From contig NZ_JBHSTI010000008.1 of the NCBI RefSeq assembly GCF_042660085.1, positions 840,001 to 872,000 of the forward strand: a stretch of DNA of 32,000 nt, written 5' to 3'. Made by a program: the position numbers and the translations under genes. This document shows positions 31,035 through 32,000 of the stretch, piece after piece (the stretch's first letter is position 1; each line of letters begins with the position of its first letter). This DNA comes from Longivirga aurantiaca. Its GTDB lineage: Bacteria > Actinomycetota > Actinomycetes > S36-B12 > CAIYMF01. The notes beneath the pieces are model-generated. The model saw only the letters and a list, made by a program, of their open reading frames with translations, was not told the DNA's origin and ran no database searches.

Positions 31035-31625
31035 GTGCTCGACACGCGAGAGCTGGGACGACGTGCGGGGTCGATGCGCGAGGAGTCGCTCGTCCGGTCC
31101 GCGCCGGAGGGGATCGGGATCATGTCGATCGGCGTCCCCCCGGGGAGCGAGGTCGAGCTGGATCTTCGGCTCGAGTCGGTCATCGAGGGTGTGCTCGTGT
31201 CGGGAACGGCGCGGGTGCAGCTCACGGGCGAGTGCAGCAGGTGCTTGGATCCGGTCTCCGACGAGCTGGAGGTCGACATCCAGGAGCTGTACGTCTACGA
31301 GGAGACCGATCATCGCGGTCGCCCCGTACGGACGGACTCGCTCGAGGGTGAGGACGAGGACGAGCAGCGACACCTGGTCGGGGACTACCTCGACCTGGAG
31401 CCGGTGCTCCGCGACGCGGTGGTGCTCGACCTGCCGCTCGCACCCGTGTGCAGGGACGACTGCCCGGGGCTGTGCCCGCAGTGCGGGTTCCGCCTCGAGG
31501 ACGACCCGAAGCACGGCCACGACGTGATCGACCCGCGGTGGGCCGCCCTCGGCGCACTGGCGGACGAGACGAGCTCCGCCCGCACGAACGCACCGAGCAC
31601 CGACGACCAGCAGGAAGAGGACTAA
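31035..31625 (+). CDS. yceD: YceD/DUF177 family protein (large-subunit ribosome biogenesis, upstream of rpmF)
   Basis: [13 protein letters not shown] and the C-terminal Cys cluster [13 protein letters not shown] with IDPRWAAL are present. It lies immediately upstream of rpmF. The true start may be upstream of the first canonical start (see findings). Confidence 0.8.
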   Translation: MLDTRELGRRAGSMREESLVRSAPEGIGIMSIGVPPGSEVELDLRLESVIEGVLVSGTARVQLTGECSRCLDPVSDELEVDIQELYVYEETDHRGRPVRTDSLEGEDEDEQRHLVGDYLDLEPVLRDAVVLDLPLAPVCRDDCPGLCPQCGFRLEDDPKHGHDVIDPRWAALGALADETSSARTNAPSTDDQQEED

Positions 31626-31629
31626 GGCC

Positions 31630-31806
31630 ATGGCCGTCCCGAAGCGCAAGACCTCGCGCAGCAACACCCGCCACCGCCGTTCGCAGTGGAAGGCCAAGCT
31701 GCCCCAGATCAACAAGGTCGTCCGCAACGGCCGCGTCGAGTTCGTGGTGCCCCACCGCGTCGACGCGGACGGCGAGTACAACGGCCGCCAGGTCCTCGAC
31801 GTCTGA
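31630..31806 (+). CDS. rpmF: 50S ribosomal protein L32
   Basis: This is absent from the ORF track (58 aa). Manual translation gives [70 protein letters not shown] is the L32 signature. Confidence 0.92.
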   Translation: MAVPKRKTSRSNTRHRRSQWKAKLPQINKVVRNGRVEFVVPHRVDADGEYNGRQVLDV

Positions 31807-31848
31807 GCTCGACGTCCGAGCGCGACCTGGACCACCAGCACGCATCCC

Positions 31849-31903
31849 GCGGCACCCGACCGCGGCCCGTCCCACGCCGGACGTGCCGCCGGTCGGGTGC
31901 CGC
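31849..31903 (+). terminator. Long hairpin downstream of rpmF
   Basis: GCGGCACCCGACCG (31849-31862) pairs with CGGTCGGGTGCCGC (31890-31903), a 14-bp stem. The 27-nt loop contains an inner CGTCC/GGACG stem. Confidence 0.5.
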
Positions 31904-31929
31904 GTCGCGTCCGGGGTTAGCCTTCGGCC

Positions 31930-32000
31930 ATGACCACCGAGAACCTGAGCCTCGCGGCCCGGGCCCTCGCGGTCGTGCTCGACCTCGAGGCCGTCGATCT
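31930..32000 (+). CDS. 5' end of an unidentified CDS running off the window
   Basis: ATG at 31930 gives MTTENLSLAARALAVVLDLEAVD... The LDLE..(I/V)D N-terminus is reminiscent of acyl-CoA thioesterase II, but 23 residues are too few to call. Confidence 0.25.
   Translation, partial: MTTENLSLAARALAVVLDLEAVD

Noticed and set aside
1-32000. CRISPR arrays, rRNA or tRNA genes
   Set aside because: I noticed no regularly spaced repeat-spacer pattern and no cloverleaf-like or rRNA-like conserved segments while reading both strands. This was a visual scan, not a covariance-model search.

Overview
This is a very GC-rich actinobacterial chromosomal window. Third codon positions are almost all G/C, HU carries a PAKKA-repeat tail, an F420 gene (fbiD/cofC) is present, and many antisense shadow ORFs appear. 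Two conserved housekeeping blocks are recognisable. The first is hupB(3' end)-small ORF-fbiD/cofC | acyltransferase-gpsA | trans-sulfuration PLP enzyme | ddl. The second is DUF3515-like lipoprotein-small AsnC-like protein | thiL | S4-domain protein-rpmB | DAK2/YloV-recG ... rsmD-coaD-coiled-coil protein-yceD-rpmF. Between ddl and the DUF3515-like gene lies a ~15.7 kb island (5478-21185) encoding a bacterial microcompartment (BMC) metabolosome. Its plus-strand operon encodes a class-III aminotransferase-fold enzyme, an acylating aldehyde dehydrogenase with a C-terminal encapsulation-peptide-like helix, and BMC-T. It continues with a 146-aa protein with an N-terminal encapsulation-peptide-like helix, BMC-P, BMC-H, a second BMC-T, an APH-family kinase, an SDR and a GntR/HutC regulator. 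Transcribed divergently are an APC permease, a hairpin-bracketed acetamidase/formamidase gene, and a B12-type diol/glycerol dehydratase operon. That operon encodes a DUF336 protein, fused large+medium subunits, a short small subunit and the reactivase large subunit only. The core resembles the amino-alcohol/aminoacetone (RMM/AAUM-type) BMC loci known from Mycobacterium and Rhodococcus. The attached dehydratase lacks targeting peptides, the amidase cassette is an extra, and the adaptor-like protein is uncharacterised; these make it the most interesting part of the window. A second small accessory insert, an alpha/beta hydrolase plus an RHH-antitoxin/Doc toxin pair, sits between recG and rsmD and is joined to rsmD by overlapping start/stop codons. 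By eye I found no rRNA, tRNA, CRISPR array, transposase or integrase.
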